A stretch of DNA of 64,000 nucleotides from IMG/VR virus record IMGVR_UViG_3300027749_000046. One strand, 5' to 3'. This document shows positions 46,598 through 56,200 of the stretch, one piece after another (position 1 is the first letter of the stretch; each line of letters begins with the position of its first letter). The stretch is from a virus. Below the pieces are notes generated by a model, which was not told where the DNA came from, did not search any database, and saw only the letters and a list, made by a program, of their open reading frames with translations. The translations under genes and the position numbers were made by a program.

Positions 46598-48876
46598 ATC
46601 TTACAGCTCTCGCAATCTTCATCGTCTGTTGCGCCTAGCGCCAGCTCCTGGTGAACGTCGATCTCGCCGGCCTGATCGTTCGTGTTAAAGTAGTAGAGCT
46701 GCTTGCCACCGTATTTATAGAACATCAGGAGATGCTGGAGCATAGTGGACATTGGTATCTGCTCTTCTGGATAGAACTTAGGGTTGTATGAGGTGTTTAC
46801 TGATATTCCCTGATCGATAAACTTCTGCAGCACGCTAGCGATCTTAATATATCCTTCTGGGGAAACTTGGTCCCAAAGAAGATCGTACTTTCTCTTAAGG
46901 CGTCTGACTTCTGGTACGACCTGCTTGAGAACGCCGTCTTTGCTCTGCTTAACAGATACGAGAGATCTAGCAGGTTCGATCCCGTTGGTTGAGTTTGAAA
47001 TCTGAGCGGAGGTTTCGGCTGGCATGAGCGCCATGAGGGTAGAGTTTCTGATTCCATATTGTTTAGCCCTTTCACGAAGTAAGTTCCAGTCCAACTTGTA
47101 ATCTGGATTTACAAGTTCGTCTACTTCTCTCTTATATGTGTCGATAGGCATGATGCCTTGGGAGTACTTGGTCTCATTAGACTTAGACGGAGCTCCGACT
47201 TCAGCTGCGAGATCAATAGAGGCTTTAATGAGATAGTAAGACCAAGCTTCGGCGTACTCATGTATCTTCTTTAAACCTTCAGAGCCAATATGCTGATAGC
47301 TAAGATCATTGCGAGCCAACCAATAAGCGAGATTAATGATACCCACACCAAGGGGTCTTCGTGCCATAGTTGAGTTCCTTGCTGCAAGGACAGGATAGTC
47401 CTGATAGCTGAGTAGCTCATCCAGAGCGCGAACGACAAGAGTACAAGGACGCTCAAAGTCATTTGGATCTTTAATCTTTCCCCAGTTGATGGCTGCTAGT
47501 GTACAGAGCGAGATCTCACCGTTCTCATCGTTTAGATCAGTGAGCGGCTTAGTGGGCAGGTTGATCTCAGAGCAGAGATTTGACATGCGAATTGGGGCGA
47601 GCTCCTTGATGAACGAGCCGTGATCGTTCGCGTGATCGACGTTCTGTAGGTAGATGCGGCCCGTGTCCTTGCGCTCCTGCATGAACGCAGAGAAGAGATC
47701 GATGGCCGACACTACTTTCTTTCTCAGCCTAGTGGAGCGCTCGTACTTCTCATAGAGTTCTTTAAACTTTTCCACGTCAGTAAAGAACGCATCATATAGA
47801 TCTGGTACATCAGAAGGGCTGAACAGGGTAATAGAGCCACCGCTAAGAAGTCGCTCGTACATAATTCTGTTGAATTGAACGCCGTAGTCAAGATGTCTAA
47901 CACGATTGTCCTCTGTTCCCTTGTTGTTCTTTAATACGAGGATGTCTTCGACTTCCAGATGCCATAGAGGATAGTAAAGTGTTGCTGCACCTCCGCGTAC
48001 GCCTCCCTGACTGCAGCTCTTGACTGCTGACTGAAAGTGCTTATAGAAAGGTATAACACCCGTATGAGAAGCATCCCCATTTCGAATAGGAGAACCAATA
48101 GCCCTAATACGACCAGCTCCAATACCAATGCCGGCTTTTTGAGAAACGTACTTGACGATCGAAGAAGACGTTGCATTAATGGAGTCGAGTGAGTCGTCTG
48201 TCTCAATAAGAACACACGAACTGAACTGCTTTTGAGGAGTGCGAAGACCCGCCATGATAGGAGTAGGGAGCGAAATTTCGAAATTAGATACTGCATCGTA
48301 TAGGTCTCTGATCCACTTTAGTCTGTCTGTCTTATAGTTTCTAAATAGCACCATGGCGATAAGCATCATCGCCATCTGTGGTGTCTCATAGTATTTATTA
48401 GTCACGCGATTCTTCACTAGATACTTACCGCGGAACTGCTCCATGCCGGCGTACGTGAGGTTGAAGTCGCGCTTGTGATCGATAAATGCGTTCAACTGAA
48501 TGAGATCATCGAGGTTGTACCACTTGAGTAAGTCTGGATCGTAGTAACCCGCTGATACCACGTTCTGTATGTGCTGGTGGAGATGAACTGGATCGTAGTT
48601 ATTATAAACATTCTTGCGGAGGTGGTAATTGATTAAGTTTCCGGCTACGTACTGGTAGTTTGGTGTTTCCTCGCTGATTAGGTCCGCTGAGGCCTTGATG
48701 AGAGTCTCTTGGATATCACTAGTCTTGATGCCGTTGTAGAACTGGATCTGAGACCTAAGCTCGATCTCGCTCTCAGAAACGCCGGTGATATCCTCGCAAG
48801 CCCACGCTACAACCTTGTGGAATTTATCTAAGTCGAGAGGCTCGCGCTCTCCGTTCCTCTTTAGTACGTTGATCAT
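46594..48876 (-). CDS. nrdA: Ribonucleotide reductase class Ia alpha subunit
   Basis: ATP cone, SLPTPIM, SSCVL, SNLCSEI, C-terminal CESCKI. Confidence 0.97.
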   Translation of the reverse strand: MINVLKRNGEREPLDLDKFHKVVAWACEDITGVSESEIELRSQIQFYNGIKTSDIQETLIKASADLISEETPNYQYVAGNLINYHLRKNVYNNYDPVHLHQHIQNVVSAGYYDPDLLKWYNLDDLIQLNAFIDHKRDFNLTYAGMEQFRGKYLVKNRVTNKYYETPQMAMMLIAMVLFRNYKTDRLKWIRDLYDAVSNFEISLPTPIMAGLRTPQKQFSSCVLIETDDSLDSINATSSSIVKYVSQKAGIGIGAGRIRAIGSPIRNGDASHTGVIPFYKHFQSAVKSCSQGGVRGGAATLYYPLWHLEVEDILVLKNNKGTEDNRVRHLDYGVQFNRIMYERLLSGGSITLFSPSDVPDLYDAFFTDVEKFKELYEKYERSTRLRKKVVSAIDLFSAFMQERKDTGRIYLQNVDHANDHGSFIKELAPIRMSNLCSEINLPTKPLTDLNDENGEISLCTLAAINWGKIKDPNDFERPCTLVVRALDELLSYQDYPVLAARNSTMARRPLGVGIINLAYWLARNDLSYQHIGSEGLKKIHEYAEAWSYYLIKASIDLAAEVGAPSKSNETKYSQGIMPIDTYKREVDELVNPDYKLDWNLLRERAKQYGIRNSTLMALMPAETSAQISNSTNGIEPARSLVSVKQSKDGVLKQVVPEVRRLKRKYDLLWDQVSPEGYIKIASVLQKFIDQGISVNTSYNPKFYPEEQIPMSTMLQHLLMFYKYGGKQLYYFNTNDQAGEIDVHQELALGATDDEDCESCKI

Positions 48877-48888
48877 TATTGTTCTTTC

Positions 48889-49593
48889 TTATAGTTCTAG
48901 TGAGTCCCGAAGTGAGGGGAAGTATTGTGTTATCTGGTACCACGCGTCTGTTGCTATCGCCCTGTGCTCTTTCTGCGTGCCGCTAGCCATGCGTAGCTCG
49001 CAGTAGTGTATCCAACTTCTAAGAGAACCAGCCATATAAAGACGAGAGACAGTAAGGCCTTCTGGCAGAACTGCACGAGCTTGTTCTTTTGCAATACCAT
49101 TACGAATTGCCCATTCATATTCTTTTTGTGCATATTCAATTACTATCTTTTGACGCTCATTCCAACCGTGTTTGAGCTCTGGATCGTCTTTAACTTCAAT
49201 CGAGTTCTGTCTGTTTTTTGGATCTTGCAAACGGGCCTCACGAGTGACGAACCCGAGGTCGCTGGTCGGATCTGCATAGCGCTGACTGAACTCCTGGAAT
49301 GAGAATGAACGATGACGTAGGATCTGACGAGCGATGTCGCGAGTCGTATTTATCTCCATGGTAATGTGAACCATCTCAAATGGAGACCAGTGCTTGTTCT
49401 TTATGAGATACTTGAGGAGCTTCTGAGAGGTCTCCCTGTTGTTCTGATTGGATGGGTTGGATACCCGCGCGACGTAGGCTATGAAGTCGTCTACGTCCAT
49501 ATTGAGTGGTCTAGTTAAAGCAATGATATCAGCTGTGTTCATCTTGTCTCTCTTGAATAGTTCTAATTGCAAGCTCACTAAGCCCTCCTCCAC
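48889..49593 (-). CDS. thyX: Flavin-dependent thymidylate synthase
   Basis: HWSPFE, RHRSFSFQEFSQRY, EQARAVLP; real start probably MNTADII (about 49542). Confidence 0.95.
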   Translation of the reverse strand: MEEGLVSLQLELFKRDKMNTADIIALTRPLNMDVDDFIAYVARVSNPSNQNNRETSQKLLKYLIKNKHWSPFEMVHITMEINTTRDIARQILRHRSFSFQEFSQRYADPTSDLGFVTREARLQDPKNRQNSIEVKDDPELKHGWNERQKIVIEYAQKEYEWAIRNGIAKEQARAVLPEGLTVSRLYMAGSLRSWIHYCELRMASGTQKEHRAIATDAWYQITQYFPSLRDSLEL

Positions 49594-50612
49594 CTCTGCA
49601 GCGCCATCTTAGCCTGCAGGTCCCTGTAAGTATTCTGGTCTATTATATACCGAATGAAGTCGGATGTCAACCCCGCCATCACCATGTCGTTGATGTCCTT
49701 GTGCTCGAGGTTCTCAGGCCAGATGCAGACACCGTAGCCCTGCATGATCGCCTTGTCGATCTTCTTTATCGTATCGACCGACCTAGGCTCGTTGTCGTAC
49801 ACCACTACCAAGGAAGACTTATGTACGGATAGAAGAGTACCGAGAGCAGAAACAAGATCACCGCCAGCAGTAGCAATACTATTAGGGATAAACATAGAAT
49901 CAATTGGACCCTCCATCACGTAAGTCGTCTTATCGAAGTTGACGGTGTCGAGCCCATAGACCTTGGGCTGCGTGTCATCTACCACTATTGTTATATATTT
50001 GGTCTTGGACTTAGGGTTCATAGAGCGCCCCTGGAACGCATGCATCTTCTGGTCTCTATTTAAGAATGGAATAAGGAGTCTGGTCTCATCGCGCTCTAGT
50101 ACAGAACCCTCGAACTTACCAGGTATGATCTCATTGGACCATGCAAAGAAGTTAGTGCACTTGAACAGCTTTGCATGATATGGATTAGGGATATTACGAT
50201 CTACAACGTACTTCTTCATACTGTCGTCAGGAGACAGCTGACTGATCTTCTTGAGGCCCTTGAACGGGCTGGACTTCATGAAAACTGGAGGCTTCATCTT
50301 CTTGACAAAGTCCTCGAGATCTACCTGCTGAGGTGACTTCTCCTCGCGCATCTTCTCCATAACGTACTCGTTGTAGAGAGACTGGTCTATAGACCTGATG
50401 AAGTTGGGAACGTTGGTGGATACGCTGCAGTTGAAGCAGTGGTACGTGAGTCTACCCTTGGTCGTGTAGATATTGCCTCTGGCCTTGCGCTTGTCAGTCT
50501 GACTGTCGCCGCATACTGGACACGAGAAGTTGTACCTGCCAGATCCCTTCCGCTTGAAGTTCCTCAGTCTACCGGATACCAATCCTATGTACTTCTCTTC
50601 TAACCAACTCAT
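49578..50612 (-). CDS. gp61: DNA primase gp61
   Basis: CPVCGDS...CFNC zinc finger; EGPIDS, DNEPR, KDINDM. Confidence 0.95.
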   Translation of the reverse strand: MSWLEEKYIGLVSGRLRNFKRKGSGRYNFSCPVCGDSQTDKRKARGNIYTTKGRLTYHCFNCSVSTNVPNFIRSIDQSLYNEYVMEKMREEKSPQQVDLEDFVKKMKPPVFMKSSPFKGLKKISQLSPDDSMKKYVVDRNIPNPYHAKLFKCTNFFAWSNEIIPGKFEGSVLERDETRLLIPFLNRDQKMHAFQGRSMNPKSKTKYITIVVDDTQPKVYGLDTVNFDKTTYVMEGPIDSMFIPNSIATAGGDLVSALGTLLSVHKSSLVVVYDNEPRSVDTIKKIDKAIMQGYGVCIWPENLEHKDINDMVMAGLTSDFIRYIIDQNTYRDLQAKMALQRWRRA

Positions 50613-50631
50613 TCAACGTATCCTATTCTCA

Positions 50632-50674
50632 CTGACCATAGTATGATTATACCACAGTCAGAAAAAATGTACAC
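50632..50674 (-). promoter_or_regulatory. Extended -10 promoter (TGGTATAAT) inside an imperfect 13-bp inverted repeat upstream of primase
   Basis: CTGACTGTGGTAT-AATC-ATACTATGGTCAG. Confidence 0.55.
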
Positions 50675-50686
50675 TGTTATTTTTGG

Positions 50687-51094
50687 CTAGTGCACTAGTA
50701 TTTTGAAATAGTTTGCTAAGTATGACAGTACCCAAGTTATCGTGATACCACCTCCAATAGCCATCCAGATGTATCTCTCCATCTGGGTTATTCTCTCGTT
50801 CAACTTGCTATGTTGAGAAGTCGATTCCTCGCGGAGCTTCTTGATCTCATCTATAATACCATTATCTTGAGATCTCATGGTGTTGTATACCCCGTCTATC
50901 TTACTGTCTAGATCCCTGCGTCTCTGTTCTACCAGTTCTTCTATATAGTCGTGGTGCTTCTCGTGCTGACCTAGTCTCTGCTCGTGGACCGCGAGCATCT
51001 GCTTTATATCTACTGACACCTCGGTTAGACGCTCTATTACGCTTTCCATTCTATCTATTCTCGGATTTACTACGTCTAGAACTTGAATTGTCAT
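50687..51094 (-). CDS. Coiled-coil protein with C-terminal TM segment
   Basis: LAVHEQRL...ERYIWMAIGGG. Confidence 0.75.
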   Translation of the reverse strand: MTIQVLDVVNPRIDRMESVIERLTEVSVDIKQMLAVHEQRLGQHEKHHDYIEELVEQRRRDLDSKIDGVYNTMRSQDNGIIDEIKKLREESTSQHSKLNERITQMERYIWMAIGGGITITWVLSYLANYFKILVH

Positions 51095-51095
51095 G

Positions 51096-51263
51096 TCATG
51101 ATCCTACTGGTAGCTGTCGCTTTAGTATCACGCGAAGAGGCTGCTTTTTCTTCTGAAGTGGCTTGAGAAGTAGAGGATCAAATGTCTGTATCGGGCCCGA
51201 TGTAGAACTCGAAGGACCCATTTGATTTGCTGGTACTACAGCGCCGTCTTCTTCTTTAATCAT
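51096..51263 (-). CDS. Small hypothetical protein (55 aa, not in the ORF track)
   Basis: MIKEEDGAVVPANQMG...IQTFDPLL; fills the gap; TGATG-coupled. Confidence 0.55.
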   Translation of the reverse strand: MIKEEDGAVVPANQMGPSSSTSGPIQTFDPLLLKPLQKKKQPLRVILKRQLPVGS

Positions 51264-51652
51264 CAGATATTCCTTAGTACTCTAATTACATTCTCATCCA
51301 TGACTATGGCATCAGTGCTTATGATCGCCTCATCTCCTACATTATATATCTTTTCAGGAAGAACATTGAGTAGAATCAAGAAAGGCTTGATATATGTCAT
51401 CTGCTTCTTGACTTTCAAGTATAGTATCTTGCAGAGGTACTCTGGAGCAAATACATTGCTGAGCACTATCAGGTGATTCAGTATGAGTCTCTCTTTAAGC
51501 TCACCGGTATCTATGTATCTCGTTATCAGCTTCTTGATGTACTTTATTCGCTTTAAGTCCTCGAGAAACTCCTCTGTGGAATTCAACTGAGGATTATCGT
51601 AGTGCTTTGCGCAGTATATCAAGAAGTTATCATCAGTCAATTTTTCACTCAT
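51263..51652 (-). CDS. Conserved hypothetical protein of T4-like phages
   Basis: LTDDNFLIYCAKHYDNPQ...EFLEDLKRIKYIK...ERLILNHLIVL. Confidence 0.85.
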   Translation of the reverse strand: MSEKLTDDNFLIYCAKHYDNPQLNSTEEFLEDLKRIKYIKKLITRYIDTGELKERLILNHLIVLSNVFAPEYLCKILYLKVKKQMTYIKPFLILLNVLPEKIYNVGDEAIISTDAIVMDENVIRVLRNI

Positions 51653-52008
51653 GCCCAGCTATTAATAGCAGCCCTCGCCCATGTGTTTGCGGCTATACAA
51701 ACATATATGTAGTTTGTATCAAAGGCAATCTGACCTGTTTTACCAACCGATGTGCTATTTGATGGAGCCGCTTTGTTTAGATTTACGCTCAGAAAACCAG
51801 AACTGGTGTTTATGTATAAATTATCGCCAACTATAACAGTTCCTCTTGTATTAGAAGAAGCATATGGCAGAGAGTTTGCTAAGTTAGTGAGAGCTATAGT
51901 GCGCGCAGACGCGCTGCCGCTGGCATTGGCTAGTATAACTAGCCTGTCTGTGCCAGCAGCAGAGTTCGTCGTCGGAAGTGCCGATAACTTCTTCTGGTCG
52001 TTTGCCAT
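51649..52008 (-). CDS. Small virion-associated protein
   Basis: KKLSALP start; GQIAFDTNYIYVCIAANTWAR fibre-like C-terminus. Confidence 0.7.
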   Translation of the reverse strand: MANDQKKLSALPTTNSAAGTDRLVILANASGSASARTIALTNLANSLPYASSNTRGTVIVGDNLYINTSSGFLSVNLNKAAPSNSTSVGKTGQIAFDTNYIYVCIAANTWARAAINSWA

Positions 52009-52024
52009 TATTTAACTCCTTCTA

Positions 52025-53020
52025 TCAGGAGTCTAGGAAGATAACGTCTTCCGCATCAGCAGTCGTAGCAGGAGCTGCACCAGCTTGAATACCGGTCTGA
52101 GCACCAAGAGATCCCATGGCAACTAGAACTTCATAGTGTACACGTCCGGCGCGGCCGCCAGAACCTTCTGTACGAAGAACCCAACCGGCATGCGCGACGC
52201 CATTGTTCTTTCCGCCGCCGACTGTTACGTCACCAACTGCTGTATCTCCTTGAATCGTATGTACCTCACCGGTAGCCGTAGTTCTAGCGTCGGTGATGTC
52301 AATATTAGCTCCACCCTTTGCTGTCGCGAGGGCGATAGTAGTGGTGTTTGCGAATGAGACATAGTAGTACGTATTACCCGAGAGAGGAGCAATTGGCGTA
52401 TTGCTCGTAGGAACTGCGTAGTACAGTCTATCGCCAACCTGCCACTTTGAGTTGGCGGTTGATACTGCGATTGTGTCAGTGGTATTGCTGAATCCGACTG
52501 AGTTGGCCGTGATGTTGATAGCAGCAGGAGCCGCTATAGTGATATTTGGAGGGCTGATGTATCCAGAGCCAGCAGTTGAGATGTTAAGCTGCGTGATCTT
52601 ACCTGCAAGCGTAGTTGAGTTTGCGAAGGCGTTTACTACACCAGACGATCCACCCTGCACTACTGTTACTGTAACCGCAGCGTTCGCGCCGTATCCCGAA
52701 CCAGAAGATACTACGATGGCTGTAGCGAGACCACCTGAGTTTATTCCGGCCTCGATAACATCTACGCCAAAGGCTCCAACAGCCTTACCTGGTATGAATG
52801 CGCTCTGTGTAGTATTGCCAAACATAGTGGAATCTACGGCAGCGCGTGAGCCCGCCGAGGTATTACCATAGTGAGCATTTGCCCCATCGACGCGTACTGA
52901 TGTATTTCCGCCGCCAGCCTTGACGAGCGTGTTTATTCCAATCGGACAACCATTAGATGTCTCCTTGGTAGTTGTACTATTGGCAGTGACCGCCTGGTCG
53001 TTTCTACCCCATTGTGCCAT
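52025..53020 (-). CDS. Virion structural protein
   Basis: MAQWG start; GSGY repeats; HAGWVLRTEGSGGRAGRVHYEVLVAM. Confidence 0.75.
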   Translation of the reverse strand: MAQWGRNDQAVTANSTTTKETSNGCPIGINTLVKAGGGNTSVRVDGANAHYGNTSAGSRAAVDSTMFGNTTQSAFIPGKAVGAFGVDVIEAGINSGGLATAIVVSSGSGYGANAAVTVTVVQGGSSGVVNAFANSTTLAGKITQLNISTAGSGYISPPNITIAAPAAINITANSVGFSNTTDTIAVSTANSKWQVGDRLYYAVPTSNTPIAPLSGNTYYYVSFANTTTIALATAKGGANIDITDARTTATGEVHTIQGDTAVGDVTVGGGKNNGVAHAGWVLRTEGSGGRAGRVHYEVLVAMGSLGAQTGIQAGAAPATTADAEDVIFLDS

Positions 53021-53054
53021 CTTAGTGTTCTCCTTGTAAGAATAAGCTTTTGAT

Positions 53055-53062
53055 TATTTATT
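53055..53062 (-). promoter_or_regulatory. Late promoter variant (AATAAATA)
   Basis: Upstream of 52025..53020. Confidence 0.5.
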
Positions 53063-53282
53063 CATCATCGAGGGTTAACATATCGAGAAGATACTGTGAT
53101 TTCTTACCTATTGGCTTTACTTTACCATTGACAATCAACACGTGATCTTCAGAAGCACTCGAGCTAGAATTCTCGCGATTCTTGATGAAGTCGCTTGTAT
53201 TCTTTGCTCGAGCCTGCTGCTCTATTAGTCTTGCCATCTCGTCTGCAGAGATGTTATTCGCACTACCGATAGATATAGCCAT
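53058..53282 (-). CDS. Hypothetical protein
   Basis: 74-aa ORF in the operon. Confidence 0.6.
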   Translation of the reverse strand: MAISIGSANNISADEMARLIEQQARAKNTSDFIKNRENSSSSASEDHVLIVNGKVKPIGKKSQYLLDMLTLDDE

Positions 53283-53284
53283 TT

Positions 53285-56200
53285 TTATCTCTTGCTACCG
53301 CCTAGAGATACCCTAGGCTTAGGCGCGTACGACTTGCCGGTGATCATCGACTTAAATCCGCGCTCTACTGCGTCCTTCATCTCAGCGCCCTGTGCCGCGT
53401 GATAGCTGCCTAGGAACTTCTGAACGTGCTTCAGGTGAACCTTATGCTTCTCGCCGTCGATATCTAGAGTGAGGTGACCGTTGTTGTCTGGCTTCTTGTC
53501 GCTGATCTGAGCTACGAGGTTAGCCCTATTCTCCGATGGAGTATCACCGTCTTCCGACTTTGCCTTCTTAGGACGACCTTTGCCGCGCTTGGCTTCTTCT
53601 TCCTCGATGAACTTTGCGAGAAGAGAGATAGAATTGTGTGACTCGTTCGCTAGTTTTTCAAAATCGCTCTGTGACATTGATTGTCCCTTATTTGCCCTGT
53701 ACTTGGCGGTACCGCCTGTTGTGTATTTACTGGTGTCTGAACTTGGATACGTGTCTGTCATCTGCGGAGTATTAACAGACTTACCCTTTACCATATTTAA
53801 TTTATTAGCGGCATACTGTCTCTCTGCCGCAGCTAGAGTATCACCGTCAGAATCTTCTTTTACAATTCTTAAGTTTTCTTTAGGAAATTGAGATGATCTG
53901 TCACCATGATATACTGTATAGTATAGTTTTTTACTTCCAGGTATACCACGATGAATTTTACCAACAGTACCTTTTTTACCGTGGAGGCTACTGCCAGGAT
54001 TATGTATTGTAACTTCATTGCCTAATTTGAATGCTGATTTAATTGCTTCGTCGAGAGTTTCTTCTTTATGAAGCAGCCTGAAGTCTTTAGCGTCAATCTT
54101 ACCGTTATGATTCTTGTCGAGCTTATACTGCTTACCGACGAGCTTCTTCTCATCGCTGATGTCATAGCGAGCGGTGCTGTTGGTTGGGTTCTCTCCGCTC
54201 TGGTCGCCTTTCTCGCCGGCTTGATTGCCGATAGTCGGCCTGTTCATCGGGAGCTTCATTGACTTCTTTGCCTCAGCGAGAGAAGCAAAGTGAGCTAGCT
54301 CGTCCGCCGTGAAGATAATGCTCTCATTTGTATCCGTATCGTCTTCAGCGTCAGGATATATATCTTTGGCTTTTGCTCTATATTCAGGTTTTTTCTTGAA
54401 ATAATCTTTGACATCACCAGCAGTGCGACCAGGATCTTGTTTATCTCTATTTTGATCTTTATTAACTAAGCCTGCAACTGTCGTTGAAAGTCTTGGCTTA
54501 GTTTGAGGGGCAACAGACGGGGTAGTATCTGGCTTAGATGCTGGCTTAGAGTCCGGAACTTCAGATGGGCGAGTACCCGATGATACACCCGGATTCTTTG
54601 GCTCAGCTGGCTTAGAGTCTGGAACTTCAGATGGACGAGTACCTGACGATACACCTGGATTAGCTGGCTCGTCTACGCTCTTTGGATTGCTGACGTACTT
54701 CTCGCCGGCGACGTTTGTCTGGTATTCTTTACCTTTATATGTGAACTTACCACCTGCGCCGCCGGCTTTCTTACGAGCTGAAGCGAATGCACTGCCGAAG
54801 CTGTCGTCCTCATGCATGAGGTTGATCTTCTCGATAAGATCTAGCTCGCCTGCGCCGAGAACCGACTCGATGGTATTCATGCCGGTATCGGCGCCGCCGT
54901 ATCCCTTGCCAGCCGGTGGGTTCATACCGCCTTGGTTTGAATCAATATTGGCGTTCTTGTCCTTCGGCTTCTTCGGAGGAAGAGGCACGCTGCTCGATGC
55001 GGTATCTTTTGGTCTTACTGGTGGTAGTGGAACTGTTGCCATCTTTGCATCTTCCTTATAAAAACTTAGGGTTTTGTTAATGTCTTTTCCAAATCTCTTG
55101 CGATCTTCTGGTGAGATGATAGTATTAAAGTAGTCTGAAGCGTCTTTTCTGGTTGCTGTTCCAGCTTTGCTCTTGTCTAGTAGATCTTTAGTAGCAGCAG
55201 AAGCAGCTTGTGCCTGCTCAGGTGTCTTACCTGCAGACTTACTGACCGCGCTCATTACATCGGGCATCTTATCTAGAGCGGAAGATAGCTTCTTTACTGG
55301 ATCTTGATCGTCTTGACTGTCATTATTATCACCGGCGTGAAGGTTCATCTTGCGCGTAGAGCTCTGCTTCTCGAGCTCGCGACGACGGCTGAGTGCCGCT
55401 CTCATCTTTGATTGAATACCAGTGCCTATGTTTCCGAAGTGAATTTCCTGCTCGTCGATCTCAGAGTCCTCTTTGTTTAGTCTCTTTGCGGCCTGAAGGG
55501 ATACCCTAACGTTCTTCTTCAAGTCAGCTGGATCGTAATTTCTGTTATTGAGAACTCCGCCGTCACCCATAGAGGACATAATGTGGTGGTCGGCACGGGC
55601 CTGTACTTGCTTGAGAGCGTTCTTTCCAGCTGGAGTATTGCCGACTTCGTCGAGCTGCTCAGCTTCTTCTTTCTGTATCTCCTTGTTGAAGATACCCTGG
55701 TCCTTGAAGATCTTCTTGCTCTTTGCAGGCGACTTGTCTGTCTCGGTATCTCTATCGACTGTCTTTGGATGGATATCAATCTCAGTTACCCCACCCTTAA
55801 CAGCGCGAGCTGAATGAAGACTTTGATCGCCGCCCTTAACTTCATTGACTCTCGTGTTGATTTGGCTAATTTCTTCTTTTGAAAAGATTTTTCTATTGAA
55901 GTTACCAAAGAATTTATCGACTGGGCCCTGATCATTTGGACCAATACCTATTTTTGAAGCACCCTGTGGTATAGAAACTGGATCTGAAGTGCTTGAAGTG
56001 GGTAGCGATACAGGAACTGAAGCCTGAGATGTTTTCTTAGCAAGCATACTAGCTTTATCTTTATCTAACATTCCCTGGATGCGATCGCCCTGTGCTTTAA
56101 AATCAGCACCAAAATTATCGTCTTCTTTTTCTAGTTTTCTTGTATTGGCTTCATTTACAGACATCGGTCCATCATTTTCTGAACCAAGATCTCTATATTT

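Noticed and set aside
45130-49593. Group I introns or inteins in nrdA, nrdB or thyX
   Set aside because: The ORFs are continuous and of normal length, with no intein motifs
54539-54670. CRISPR-like or DGR-like repeat
   Set aside because: Only two adjacent in-frame copies with mostly synonymous differences, no spacers, and no reverse transcriptase or cas gene in the window
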